Origin: Bacteroidota bacterium
GTDB lineage: Bacteria > Bacteroidota > Bacteroidia > Flavobacteriales_D > Crocinitomicaceae
Direction of reading: 5' to 3'
DNA length: 64,000 nt
Assembly (NCBI GenBank): GCA_006226425.1
Contig: SBGX01000023.1
Coordinates: 7,603 to 71,602, forward strand
In this document: positions 37,737 to 46,580 of the stretch, one piece after another
Layout of the letters: each line of letters starts with the position of its first letter
Numbering within the stretch: the stretch's first letter is position 1
Notes under the pieces: generated by a model
The model's input: the letters and a program-made list of their open reading frames with translations, nothing else
Databases searched by the model: none
Told to the model about the DNA's origin: nothing
Position numbers and translations under genes: made by a program

Positions 37737-39851
37737 ATGCGTCTTTATATTCTTTCTTTTTTTATTGTTTTGGTCTCATTTACCAAAGAAAGTCTATTTG
37801 CCCAGGGGGATGCCAGGTTGGATGCTTTAAAACGGAAATATACGAACGAACAATTATCACCTGACGAACGGCTTCCGGCCTTTCGGGATTACATTCTGGC
37901 TACCCTATATGAGCGTACCGATGAGGCCCTTCCGGATCTTCAGGAGTACCTTCAGCTTTCTTTACAGTTTAAAGATTATGTTCGCGTAGCTCATGCCTAT
38001 CATTGTCTAGGTTATTACTATCGAAAACAAAAGGACTTTGTGCAAGCTGAAAAGGCAACAAATGAGCAACTGTATTTCGCTCGTCTGGCAAATAATTCCT
38101 ACTACGTGGCCAACGCCCTTGTTGATGTGGGAGGCAATGAAGAAGAAAAAGGAGATTACCGTAAAGCATTATTGCATTATAAACAAGCTTTAGATACTGC
38201 TGTGGCTGCTGGGGAACCGGTGATTGAAGCACGTGCAAGGATTAACAAAGGGAATATCCATAAGCTTGTTGGAGATTATTATGAGGCGATTGCAGAGCTT
38301 CAACAAGCACTTGAACTTTGCGAAAAGAAGAGGATCACGGGGTTTATGGCCAGTGTTCTGTTTAATCTGGGAGACATCAATTCCTCAATTCAGGAAAATG
38401 AGAAGGCAGAATACTATTATTTGGAAGCGATCAAATGGTCAAAGAAAAAAAGTAACAACAATACGCTAACCCTGACTTTGCAGGCTCTTATTCGGCTGAA
38501 ATTGAAGCAAAAAAAATATGAGGAAACGCGAAAACTGATTGATGAGCTTGCATTGGTTGATCAGATGTTGGGAATTCCCAAAAATGAGGCGGTTACTTAT
38601 GGCCTGTTGGCCAAATTGGAATGGGAAGAAAATAATCTGGATACAGCCTTGTTTCAGGGACAAAAAGCCTATGATCTCATTCGAAACCTTGATTCGAAAC
38701 CTGAAATGGCTGAAATTATTGGTGTGCTGGGGCTCATTTATTTGAGTCAGGATCAAGCGGATTTTGCCGTCAAATATTGCGAGAGAGCTTATCAGCTTAA
38801 TGTTGAGAATGGGAGTATTCATCTTCAACGTGAAAATTGTGATTGTCTCTACAAAGCTTACAAGAAGCTAAACAAACAGGCAAGGGCCCTGAAGCATCTG
38901 GAAATATATACGGACTTAGAGGAGAGAATAAGAAACACCGAACAAGTCAAACGACTTGTCAAGGCACAATTGAATAATGATTTCAAAAGACAAGAAGAGA
39001 TAGATAGCATTGAAATTGATAATCGGCTCAAATTAATTGGAGTGGGTCATGAACGCGACCTCAAAATTCGGATGCAGTTTATAGTCTTTGTCACAATACT
39101 TGCAATAATCATGGCTGTTTCGATCTTTTATCTAAGTCGAGCCTACCGAAGAAGTAAAAAACAAAAGCTTTTGCTGGAACGGATGGATAAACTAAATAAA
39201 TATATTTTCTCCATCATCTCACACGACTTCAACGGACCTTTGCTCACCATGAATGCTCTGGCAAAAAGCCTCGAAGACCGGGAGTTGAGCCCGGAAGAAA
39301 TGCATGCTTTTACGCAAGACATACAGCAACAGGTAGTACGAACCAAAGACATTTTGACCAACCTGCTCAATTGGGCACGTTCTGAGTTAGACATTGATCT
39401 GAGTGAAAGTCGCCTTTGTAAGGTTAAACAGGTTTCAGATGAACTACTCATGCACTTTAGTGAACAGTTGATCCATAAGGAACTCAAATTCAAAAATGAA
39501 CTGCCATCTGACCTTGAATTGACGATTCATCCCGATCTTTTGCGTATAGTGCTGCGAAACATGATTAGTAATTCCATTAAGTACAGTTATCACGGGGATG
39601 AAATCCACCTTTACTACGTGAAGGAAAGAAAGCAAATAGTGCTTGAGGATGAGGGGGTTGGTTTAAGGCCGGAGCAATTACAGCAGTTGTTCAGTAAGCC
39701 GATGTATTCCTCTTTAGGGACAAGTCAGGAAATGGGTTTTGGCATTGGATTGTACATTACGTCTGAATTATTACGTAAGATTTCCTGGGACATTAAGGTA
39801 GAAAGTTCAGGCCCTGATTTGGGAAGCAAAATTTCCATTTATCATCCATAA
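37737..39851 (+). CDS. Sensor histidine kinase with periplasmic TPR-repeat sensor domain
   Basis: Signal peptide and a ~420 aa TPR-rich region, then one TM helix (FIVFVTILAIIMAVSIFYL), an H-box SIISHDFNGPL, and HATPase_c N/G boxes (RNMISNSIKYS, DEGVGL, GFGIGLY). Confidence 0.8.
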   Translation: MRLYILSFFIVLVSFTKESLFAQGDARLDALKRKYTNEQLSPDERLPAFRDYILATLYERTDEALPDLQEYLQLSLQFKDYVRVAHAYHCLGYYYRKQKDFVQAEKATNEQLYFARLANNSYYVANALVDVGGNEEEKGDYRKALLHYKQALDTAVAAGEPVIEARARINKGNIHKLVGDYYEAIAELQQALELCEKKRITGFMASVLFNLGDINSSIQENEKAEYYYLEAIKWSKKKSNNNTLTLTLQALIRLKLKQKKYEETRKLIDELALVDQMLGIPKNEAVTYGLLAKLEWEENNLDTALFQGQKAYDLIRNLDSKPEMAEIIGVLGLIYLSQDQADFAVKYCERAYQLNVENGSIHLQRENCDCLYKAYKKLNKQARALKHLEIYTDLEERIRNTEQVKRLVKAQLNNDFKRQEEIDSIEIDNRLKLIGVGHERDLKIRMQFIVFVTILAIIMAVSIFYLSRAYRRSKKQKLLLERMDKLNKYIFSIISHDFNGPLLTMNALAKSLEDRELSPEEMHAFTQDIQQQVVRTKDILTNLLNWARSELDIDLSESRLCKVKQVSDELLMHFSEQLIHKELKFKNELPSDLELTIHPDLLRIVLRNMISNSIKYSYHGDEIHLYYVKERKQIVLEDEGVGLRPEQLQQLFSKPMYSSLGTSQEMGFGIGLYITSELLRKISWDIKVESSGPDLGSKISIYHP

Positions 39852-39897
39852 AATTGGTTAAATGTAACCACGATTTAGGGGGGCGTTCTTTTTATAT

Positions 39898-40536
39898 TTG
39901 CACATGATGGACACTGGTAACACCATTAAGATTGGAATTTTAGATGACCATCCGATGATTACATCGGGTCTAAAAAGCCTATTGGAACAAGATCAATCCA
40001 TGGTGGTGTCTTTTGTGTTGTCAGGAGTCGAACAAATAGATCAGGCGCTGGAATCACAGCCCATTGACATACTTATGCTAGATGTGGTCGTACCTGGAGT
40101 GGCGGGTCTTGAGATGTTTGCCCGATTGCGGAAACGAATGCCAGAATTGGCGATCATTGCTTATTCCAGTCTGACAAGCACGATTTTAGTTCAAAATTTA
40201 TTGGCACTTGGAGTAAGGGGGTATATCAACAAAAAACAGGAACCTTGGGAGGTCATGCTTGGCGTGCAACGAGTCTTGAGCGGTGCTGTTTATGTTCCAC
40301 CAGATTATCGATACCTGATTCAACAAAAGACATTGGAACAGGAACAGGTAAATCTTTCGGAGCGAGAAGTAGAAGTGCTGAAACTGATCGTTGCCGGCTA
40401 TATTACCAAAGAAATTGCCGAAAGGCTGTTTATCTCCAAAAACACAGTGGATAATCACCGCGCCAGCCTGTTTCGTAAGTTTGATGTTCAAAACCTGGCA
40501 GAACTTATTCGGCAAGCGACCAATTTAGGATACTAA
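39898..40536 (+). CDS. LuxR/NarL-family response regulator
   Basis: REC domain (GILDDHP...DILMLDVVVPG) plus a C-terminal LuxR HTH (LSEREVEVLKLIVAGYITKEIAERLFISKNTVDNHRASLFRKF). It lies 46 nt downstream of the kinase. Confidence 0.85.
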   Translation: MHMMDTGNTIKIGILDDHPMITSGLKSLLEQDQSMVVSFVLSGVEQIDQALESQPIDILMLDVVVPGVAGLEMFARLRKRMPELAIIAYSSLTSTILVQNLLALGVRGYINKKQEPWEVMLGVQRVLSGAVYVPPDYRYLIQQKTLEQEQVNLSEREVEVLKLIVAGYITKEIAERLFISKNTVDNHRASLFRKFDVQNLAELIRQATNLGY

Positions 40537-40620
40537 GTCACTTTTTGTGATAAATGGTTATAAATAGCCATTGCTCCCCTTCTATTAGGAATCTAGCTTT
40601 ACAGTTTAATTAAAATATAA

Positions 40621-43482
40621 TTGGACATGAAGAAGGTATTACTAATAATCATAGTTGTTTTTGCATCAACAGCCTGGAGTTTTTCTCAAACCTACTCAGG
40701 TGGGAGCGGAACAATTGGAGATCCGTATCAAATCGGAAATAAAAACGACCTGAATTATTTGTGCGAAAATACGGGCGAATGGGGGAAACACTTTATCCAA
40801 ACGGCAGACATTGTTTTTGCCGCGGAGGATTTCCAGATTGGAGGTGATTTTTACAATGGTGGTGATGCCTATCATAGTATAGGTGGGAGAGGTACTGGTT
40901 TGTCTTTTACAGGAACCTATGATGGAGATAATCATTCAATTTCAAATATCGTCTTAAACGGTGGGAGCTCCTCTAATGTAGGGTTGTTCGGTCAAATTGA
41001 GGGTTCAGGGACACGCTTAAAAGATCTTTCTGTTTACAATTTTAAGTGTGATATGGTGAGTCAATACTTCGGTGTATTGGTTGGATGGGTTGGATCCAAT
41101 GTGGTCATTGACAACGTGCATTCATCGGGAACATTGGAAGCACTTGGAGGATCTTACGTAGGTGGACTGGTTGGGATTTTGAACTCAAACGCCCAGTTGC
41201 TGAATTCATCTTCTTCCTGCCATATAAATCAAGCAGTTTCCTTTGTTGGAGGACTTGCCGGGGATTCTGAGAACAATAGTTTCATAGAAAATTGCTACGC
41301 AACTGGAAATATCAAAGGAGTGAATCATATTGGAGGTTGTGTGGGACAACATGGGGGTACTATTTCAAAATCGTACGCAACGGGCAACGTCTCGGAATTG
41401 GATGAAATTAATTACTGTCAACCCTTAGGTGGTTTATGTGGAAGTGTTCACTCAGCAGCGTCTGTCTTCAGCTGTTACGCCACCGGGAACGTTACCGGGG
41501 ATGATGCAATTGGAGGCCTTGTTGGCGAAAATTGGGGAAGTATTAATTATGCTTTTTCGACAGGATCTGCTAATGGACAAACGAATGTAGGAGGAATGGT
41601 TGGCGTGGACAATGGCGGAAGTACAACTGCCAGTTACTGGGACACGCAAACTTCTGGGAACGCAACGAGTGCGGGAGGTACAGGTAAAACTACGAGCGAA
41701 ATGACCACGATGTCCACGTTTACAACTGATCTTTGGGATTTTGTAGGGGAAACAACAAATGGTACAGATGATATCTGGTCAATGGGACCTGCCTGCCTTG
41801 GTGCTTATCCTGTGTTAACCTATAGTGTCGGTTGGCTGTTACCAAGTGTGTTGAGTTCGACGCCATCATCAAATTGTGGAACGGGTACGGTTGATTTGGA
41901 AGCCATACCAAGTAGAGGGACGATTCACTGGTATACGCTGTCTAGCGGTGGTTCAAGTATTGCAAGCGGAACGAGTTATACTACTCCAAGCATTTCGAAT
42001 ACAACCTCATATTTTGCAGAAGCGGTTGATGGTGCATGTGCAAGTGCAAGCAGAAACGAAGTGGTAGCCACAATAGTTGAAGTACCCAATTTTATTGCTG
42101 CATCACCTGTATATCGTTGTGGAGAAGGTTCAATTACCTTATCGGCTACACCGACGGCGGGAGTAATTAAATGGTATGAAGTGTCTTCGGGAGGAAGTGC
42201 AATTGTAGACGACGCGAATTATAATCTGTCAGGCAATGATGTAACAATTAATAATTTAACAACAACAACAACCTATTATGCAGAGGCAGTAGATGGTTCA
42301 TGTATAGGGCCAAGATATCCGGTGATTGCAGAATTGGTTAATTGCGAAGTCAAACTTCATCCTTCTTCATGCGGTAAAGTTTTAAGCTCGCTGTCGGAGC
42401 TTCTTCAAGTGGCGGGTATTAACGCAGCAAGCAATTATCGATACGAAATACGGAAAGCTAGCGATAATAGTTTCGTGGCCCTGTCCATTCGTGGTTCGGG
42501 CCAAACGAGCTTCCGCTTGTCCTGGATTTCAGGTTCACCATTTCAACCAGGAACTACTTACAATGTACGCGTGGCTCCATATGTGAATGGAAACTGGGAA
42601 GCATATGGAGAAAGTTGTACAATTACTACTCCACCTCCAACCTTAAATGCGCAGAGTTGTGGCAAAGTACTGAGTGAAATGGGTGAGGCAGTCCATTCAG
42701 AGGTCGTAGATGGAGCAACCCGTTATCGTTTTCATGTAAGTAACGAGGCTGCTGGTTTTTCCAAAATTTCCGTTTGTGCCTTGGGACAAAACTTTTTCAG
42801 AATGAGCTGGTTTAGCTCAGGAATACAGGATGCGCTGGTGTATACAGTTCGAGTTTCGGCGGAAGTTAATGGGGAGTGGGGACCTTATGGAGAAGCCTGT
42901 ACCATTACTACACCTGTAGTTCAAACTGAATTGGCTACAGCTTCATGTAATGCAAGCATTCCAAATCTTTATACTGCTTTATATAGCAATCCAGTGTCGG
43001 GTGCAACGAATTATCGTTATTTGGTTACCGGTCCAGGATTTAACAAGTTATCTGTTCGAAACTCGGCGGATAATCTCTTTCGAATCGGTTGGATTACTGG
43101 TGTTCAGCTAAACACCACATATACGGTTCGTGTAGCAGCCTACAAGAATGGAATCTGGGGTGAATACGGAAACAGTTGTACAGTCAACACACCTGCCGCT
43201 CTGTCGATTCAGGATCCAGAAGCGTTGATTACCTCGGGGCATAAGTTGACAGAGATTAGTCTGGAAGTCTTTCCCAACCCTTCCGAGGGGAATTTGATCA
43301 TTCGTTCCAGCCACACCGCCCAATTACGATTAGTGAATGAGCTGGGACAACTTATTCATGTTGTTGAAGTATCGGAGTTTTCTGAGTTCAAAAATGAGCT
43401 ATCCGATTTATCGAGTGGAGTATATTATTTAAGTGGAGTCATTGAAGGGCAACCCATCACCAAAAAAGTGGTCGTGTTATAA
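40621..43482 (+). CDS. Large T9SS-secreted GLUG-motif repeat protein with Ig-like and triplicated ~95 aa modules
   Basis: Signal peptide. The N-terminal ~330 aa carries recurring GG(L/C/M)VG GLUG-like motifs. Two IxWY...SYFAEAVDG Ig-like repeats follow. Three tandem modules each begin SC(G/N)... and end C T(I/V)(T/N) TP. The type-A T9SS CTD is VFPNPSEGNLIIRS...GVYYLSGVIEGQPITKKVVVL. Confidence 0.75.
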   Translation: MDMKKVLLIIIVVFASTAWSFSQTYSGGSGTIGDPYQIGNKNDLNYLCENTGEWGKHFIQTADIVFAAEDFQIGGDFYNGGDAYHSIGGRGTGLSFTGTYDGDNHSISNIVLNGGSSSNVGLFGQIEGSGTRLKDLSVYNFKCDMVSQYFGVLVGWVGSNVVIDNVHSSGTLEALGGSYVGGLVGILNSNAQLLNSSSSCHINQAVSFVGGLAGDSENNSFIENCYATGNIKGVNHIGGCVGQHGGTISKSYATGNVSELDEINYCQPLGGLCGSVHSAASVFSCYATGNVTGDDAIGGLVGENWGSINYAFSTGSANGQTNVGGMVGVDNGGSTTASYWDTQTSGNATSAGGTGKTTSEMTTMSTFTTDLWDFVGETTNGTDDIWSMGPACLGAYPVLTYSVGWLLPSVLSSTPSSNCGTGTVDLEAIPSRGTIHWYTLSSGGSSIASGTSYTTPSISNTTSYFAEAVDGACASASRNEVVATIVEVPNFIAASPVYRCGEGSITLSATPTAGVIKWYEVSSGGSAIVDDANYNLSGNDVTINNLTTTTTYYAEAVDGSCIGPRYPVIAELVNCEVKLHPSSCGKVLSSLSELLQVAGINAASNYRYEIRKASDNSFVALSIRGSGQTSFRLSWISGSPFQPGTTYNVRVAPYVNGNWEAYGESCTITTPPPTLNAQSCGKVLSEMGEAVHSEVVDGATRYRFHVSNEAAGFSKISVCALGQNFFRMSWFSSGIQDALVYTVRVSAEVNGEWGPYGEACTITTPVVQTELATASCNASIPNLYTALYSNPVSGATNYRYLVTGPGFNKLSVRNSADNLFRIGWITGVQLNTTYTVRVAAYKNGIWGEYGNSCTVNTPAALSIQDPEALITSGHKLTEISLEVFPNPSEGNLIIRSSHTAQLRLVNELGQLIHVVEVSEFSEFKNELSDLSSGVYYLSGVIEGQPITKKVVVL

Positions 43483-43498
43483 TTAGATCGGCAAAATG

Positions 43499-43533
43499 TA
43501 AAAAAACCATCCTATTTCTAGGATGGTTTTTTA
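43499..43533. terminator. Bidirectional rho-independent terminator
   Basis: AAAAAAACCATCCTA-tttc-TAGGATGGTTTTTT lies between convergent genes (40621..43482 on plus, 43534..44091 on minus). Confidence 0.7.
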
Positions 43534-44091
43534 TTAAAGATCGGCTTGCTGTTCTTCCGAATGAAGTGCACGGAGCTCTTTGGCTGTTCCTAGCTTAAAC
43601 TGCTGATTCAAGGTGTTGCGTCCAGGCCTCCAGTAGATTGGCCCTTCTATTTCGGAAGGGATTTTATAGACCAGGTTTGTCGTTTTGGATTCCAGCGGAT
43701 TCAGTTGATCAAAGAAACTACCCCATCCTTCTTCGAAGATGGTTTCACTTATTTCATACTTAAGTTCCTTTCCATCATGCTCCACAATAATGTCTCCCTC
43801 ATCAAAGAGGCGGCTTTCCGTATCGGTATTTTTGAAGGTGACATTGAAGATTAGAAAATCATGACCTTCCACAGCTTTCAGGCTCGTTAATTCTTTTCCG
43901 GTATCCACCCGATCCAAGAGCTTCACATCATTGACCTGAATATCAAAATAGGTCGTTTCCATTTTTTGATCGGTACTGATATACGTGGCTTGTTTTTTCT
44001 TGAATTTGCTTTTGATCGGAATACCACTGGAACTGGCATAGGCGAAGAATAAGAAAGAGGCAAGTACGAAAAGGCTAAACGTTGTTTTCAT
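43534..44091 (-). CDS. Hypothetical secreted protein (DUF4352-like beta-sandwich?)
   Basis: Signal peptide. The acidic, Thr/Glu-rich sequence loosely resembles DUF4352 proteins. The assignment is weak. Confidence 0.4.
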   Translation of the reverse strand: MKTTFSLFVLASFLFFAYASSSGIPIKSKFKKKQATYISTDQKMETTYFDIQVNDVKLLDRVDTGKELTSLKAVEGHDFLIFNVTFKNTDTESRLFDEGDIIVEHDGKELKYEISETIFEEGWGSFFDQLNPLESKTTNLVYKIPSEIEGPIYWRPGRNTLNQQFKLGTAKELRALHSEEQQADL

Positions 44092-44096
44092 AGACG

Positions 44097-44543
44097 TTAA
44101 TTATGATTGAATATAGATTGAAATTTCATGTTTCTGACTCGGAATTCTCTTCGTAACAAAACGAGATAGCTTCCGACATAAAAGAGTACATCCAGGGGGT
44201 CAAATGTCCCGGAGAAGTAATTGAATAACTGAAGTAATTCATGAGCACATGCCAATAACAGGAGCATGGTGATCCAGATGGCCACATTTTGAAACAACTG
44301 TTCTTTCCAAATGAGGTGTAGCATACTTCCGAGCGCAAAAAGACACAGAGCATCCGGTAGGTTATAGACCAGTGCCGAAAAAACGGTGTTTTCTATGACA
44401 TTGTTCCCAACATTCACGGATAGTCCAGGGAGATTGAACCATTCAAGAAACAGGGTGTGATTCGTCCTAAAAAGGAAATAAATGAGACTGCCCGTAAGTA
44501 GGGGTAAAATGATATTTAGGAGTACAAACCGAGTCCGCTGCAT
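44097..44543 (-). CDS. Small polytopic membrane protein, paralogue A (family unresolved)
   Basis: Four predicted TM segments. Shares the motifs FRTNHT, VYNLP..L.LF.LG and G(T/Q)FD.LD(V/I)LF with the protein at 45030..45545. Confidence 0.5.
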   Translation of the reverse strand: MQRTRFVLLNIILPLLTGSLIYFLFRTNHTLFLEWFNLPGLSVNVGNNVIENTVFSALVYNLPDALCLFALGSMLHLIWKEQLFQNVAIWITMLLLLACAHELLQLFNYFSGTFDPLDVLFYVGSYLVLLRREFRVRNMKFQSIFNHN

Positions 44544-44575
44544 GCACCTAAATATAGAAATAAAGCTTTACATGT

Positions 44576-45001
44576 TTAGTATGATTCCTTTCGGGTATCC
44601 AAATAGTCTTTCAGTTCAAGGGCTCTGTTTCGGGTTAATTCCATTTGGCGGGCTGCCGCAATAATTCGGTATAATGTCCCTTGTATGTTGTAATGAAACT
44701 CATTGGAGAATTTTACTTCCTGGTCTCGATAAGCAATCCAGTTCCGTTGACTTTTTTTCAATTGAGTTTTTTCATCTTCACTTAGGATGTTCATCAACAA
44801 TCCGTAATATTTGTTGAGTTCCTGGTCCCATTCACTAAGAGCCCAGGAATAACAATCGATCATTCCCATGGTTGTCTGCATGGAATCGGTATCCAGGCAA
44901 CGCTCAAGTTTTAAATCTGCCGGATAGCTTTCTTTTTCGATCTGGGCACCTGCACAGAGCGGGATTAGGATCAGCAAAAGGGAAAGTTTTAGACTTTTCA
45001 T
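44576..45001 (-). CDS. DUF1311 (LprI/lysozyme-inhibitor-like) secreted protein
   Basis: The start is the internal Met at 45001 (MKSLKLSLLLILIPLCAGAQ signal peptide), which removes a 62 nt overlap. DUF1311 hallmarks: LERCL...MIDCYSWALSEWDQELNKYY...SQRNWIAYRDQEV...TRNRALELKDYL. Confidence 0.65.
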   Translation of the reverse strand: MKSLKLSLLLILIPLCAGAQIEKESYPADLKLERCLDTDSMQTTMGMIDCYSWALSEWDQELNKYYGLLMNILSEDEKTQLKKSQRNWIAYRDQEVKFSNEFHYNIQGTLYRIIAAARQMELTRNRALELKDYLDTRKESY

Positions 45002-45029
45002 AGTTTTTAGGTTTAGTGAGGTTCTGTTT

Positions 45030-45545
45030 TTAGTGGGACACGCAAGCCAGAAAGACGATAGCGTATCCAGCGAGACAGAGTCTGCTGGCACTTTCCTTCA
45101 TGGGTTGCAGGGCAATTTGCTTTTCAGGGATCGGTTGAATGATGATTGCAAAAGCCCAGAAAAGTACAGCGAAGAGGATGTCCAACAAATCAAATTGTCC
45201 TTGACTCAGTCCAAAGAATTGGATGACTTCAAAACTTAATGCCGTCCAAAGCGGAAAGGTAATGAGGGAAATTTTCAGTTTGGAAATCCGAAGGTAGTAG
45301 TGTCTGGAAGCGAGGGTTAACCCGAAGACCCAGAGTCCTCCCGGGACGGAATATACCATCACGCCGTGTAGCGGGATGAAGTTTGAAATGGCCAGCTTCA
45401 TATCCCGGTAATTTTCCAAAGAGATTAGCTGAATGAAAAGTTCATTGACCACCGTATGTTCCGTTCTGTAAAAAACGTAAATAAACAGGCTGAACAGGAG
45501 TGAAATACTGATCAAAATCTGGAAGGGTGTGGAGATGCTTCTCAT
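45030..45545 (-). CDS. Small polytopic membrane protein, paralogue B
   Basis: Shares conserved blocks with 44097..44543 (YRTEHT, VYSVPGGLWVFGLT, GQFDLLDILF). Confidence 0.5.
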   Translation of the reverse strand: MRSISTPFQILISISLLFSLFIYVFYRTEHTVVNELFIQLISLENYRDMKLAISNFIPLHGVMVYSVPGGLWVFGLTLASRHYYLRISKLKISLITFPLWTALSFEVIQFFGLSQGQFDLLDILFAVLFWAFAIIIQPIPEKQIALQPMKESASRLCLAGYAIVFLACVSH

Positions 45546-45590
45546 GCGAACCTGTTGGGAACTACAAAATTAATGACTTCTGGTGCTTTT

Positions 45591-45986
45591 TCAAAACGAT
45601 TTTGCTTCGATCAAATCCCAGAGGTTTCCGTAAATGTCCTGAAATACAGCAACTTTCCCCCATTCCTCCAGAACCGGTTGTCGAACGATCCGGATTTCAT
45701 GACGAATTAAATTTTGGTAATCGCGCTCAAAATCATCTGTGTGTAGAAACAGGAAGACCCGGCCACCACTTTGGTTTCCGATAAAACTTCTTTGGTGCTC
45801 GTCTTTCGCCTGAGCGAGTAATAATTGGCATCCGTCCGAACCTGGAGGAGCAACCAGAACCCATCTTTTCGTATCGCTTAATTTGCTGTCTTCGATTAAC
45901 TCAAAGTTCAGCTTTTCCGTATAGTATTGGATGGCTCGATCGTAGTCATCAACCAGTAGGGCAATATGTGCCAGTTTTTGTCTCAT
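45591..45986 (-). CDS. VOC-family (glyoxalase I-like) protein
   Basis: 131 aa, single VOC module (KLAHIALLVDDYDRAIQYYTEKLNFEL...HEIRIV). Confidence 0.7.
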   Translation of the reverse strand: MRQKLAHIALLVDDYDRAIQYYTEKLNFELIEDSKLSDTKRWVLVAPPGSDGCQLLLAQAKDEHQRSFIGNQSGGRVFLFLHTDDFERDYQNLIRHEIRIVRQPVLEEWGKVAVFQDIYGNLWDLIEAKSF

Positions 45987-45989
45987 GCT

Positions 45990-46580
45990 TTATTTCCTTA
46001 GTTTGTATTGTTCAATTTCGTCAGGACTCATCCAGTGAATGTCAGCTGCTGATGCCGCTTTGAGCGTGTACCAATAAAAGGAGGTGTCCATTTGAATCTC
46101 CTGAAAGAAATCAAGAAAAATTTGATGTTCTTCGGAATCTTTGGGATACTCGCTTCCTTCTTTTCGAAGATCACGCCAGGAGTGCACTCCGATTTTGGCT
46201 CCATCCTCAATGAAACGACGATTGCCAGAAATGAACAAATCCACTCCGCCGGAAGCGATTTCAGAATCATGATGTAATGCAGTGTTTATTCCAGAACGAT
46301 GAACGAGCAGACAGGTTTTGACATTCCATTCATCGTTGATTGAACCGGGAATCTTTTCGAGTACGAGCAATTTTGTTTGGGGATACTGTTTTAGGAAACG
46401 TTCGAACTTTTTATGAAATGTTTTACCCAGAACGCCATTGACAAAAGCAGTGTCTTCGCTATGTTCGATGCTCGGTTTTTCTCCCGAAAGTACAATGATC
46501 ACTTTTTCACACGAACTGTTCAACCAAAGCACGAAAGAAAGAAGAACAAATGAGCAGCAAGACCAGCTAAACTTCCTCAT
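45990..46580 (-). CDS. Hypothetical secreted protein
   Basis: Signal peptide with a Cys-containing lipobox-like NSSC. No family recognised. Overlaps the upstream membrane-protein gene by 14 nt (translational coupling). Confidence 0.4.
   Translation of the reverse strand: MRKFSWSCCSFVLLSFVLWLNSSCEKVIIVLSGEKPSIEHSEDTAFVNGVLGKTFHKKFERFLKQYPQTKLLVLEKIPGSINDEWNVKTCLLVHRSGINTALHHDSEIASGGVDLFISGNRRFIEDGAKIGVHSWRDLRKEGSEYPKDSEEHQIFLDFFQEIQMDTSFYWYTLKAASAADIHWMSPDEIEQYKLRK

Noticed and set aside
42330-43200. Tandem ~280 bp nucleotide repeats as a possible CRISPR/VNTR array
   Set aside because: The repeats lie in-frame inside the 953-aa adhesin gene and encode three homologous protein modules. There are no short unique spacers and no cas genes in the window.
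45002-45091. 62 nt overlap of the DUF1311 ORF with the upstream membrane-protein gene
   Set aside because: The Met at 45001 begins a canonical signal peptide (MKSLKLSLLLILIPLCAGAQ). The upstream extension (MPADSVSLDTLSSFW...) lacks signal-peptide character.
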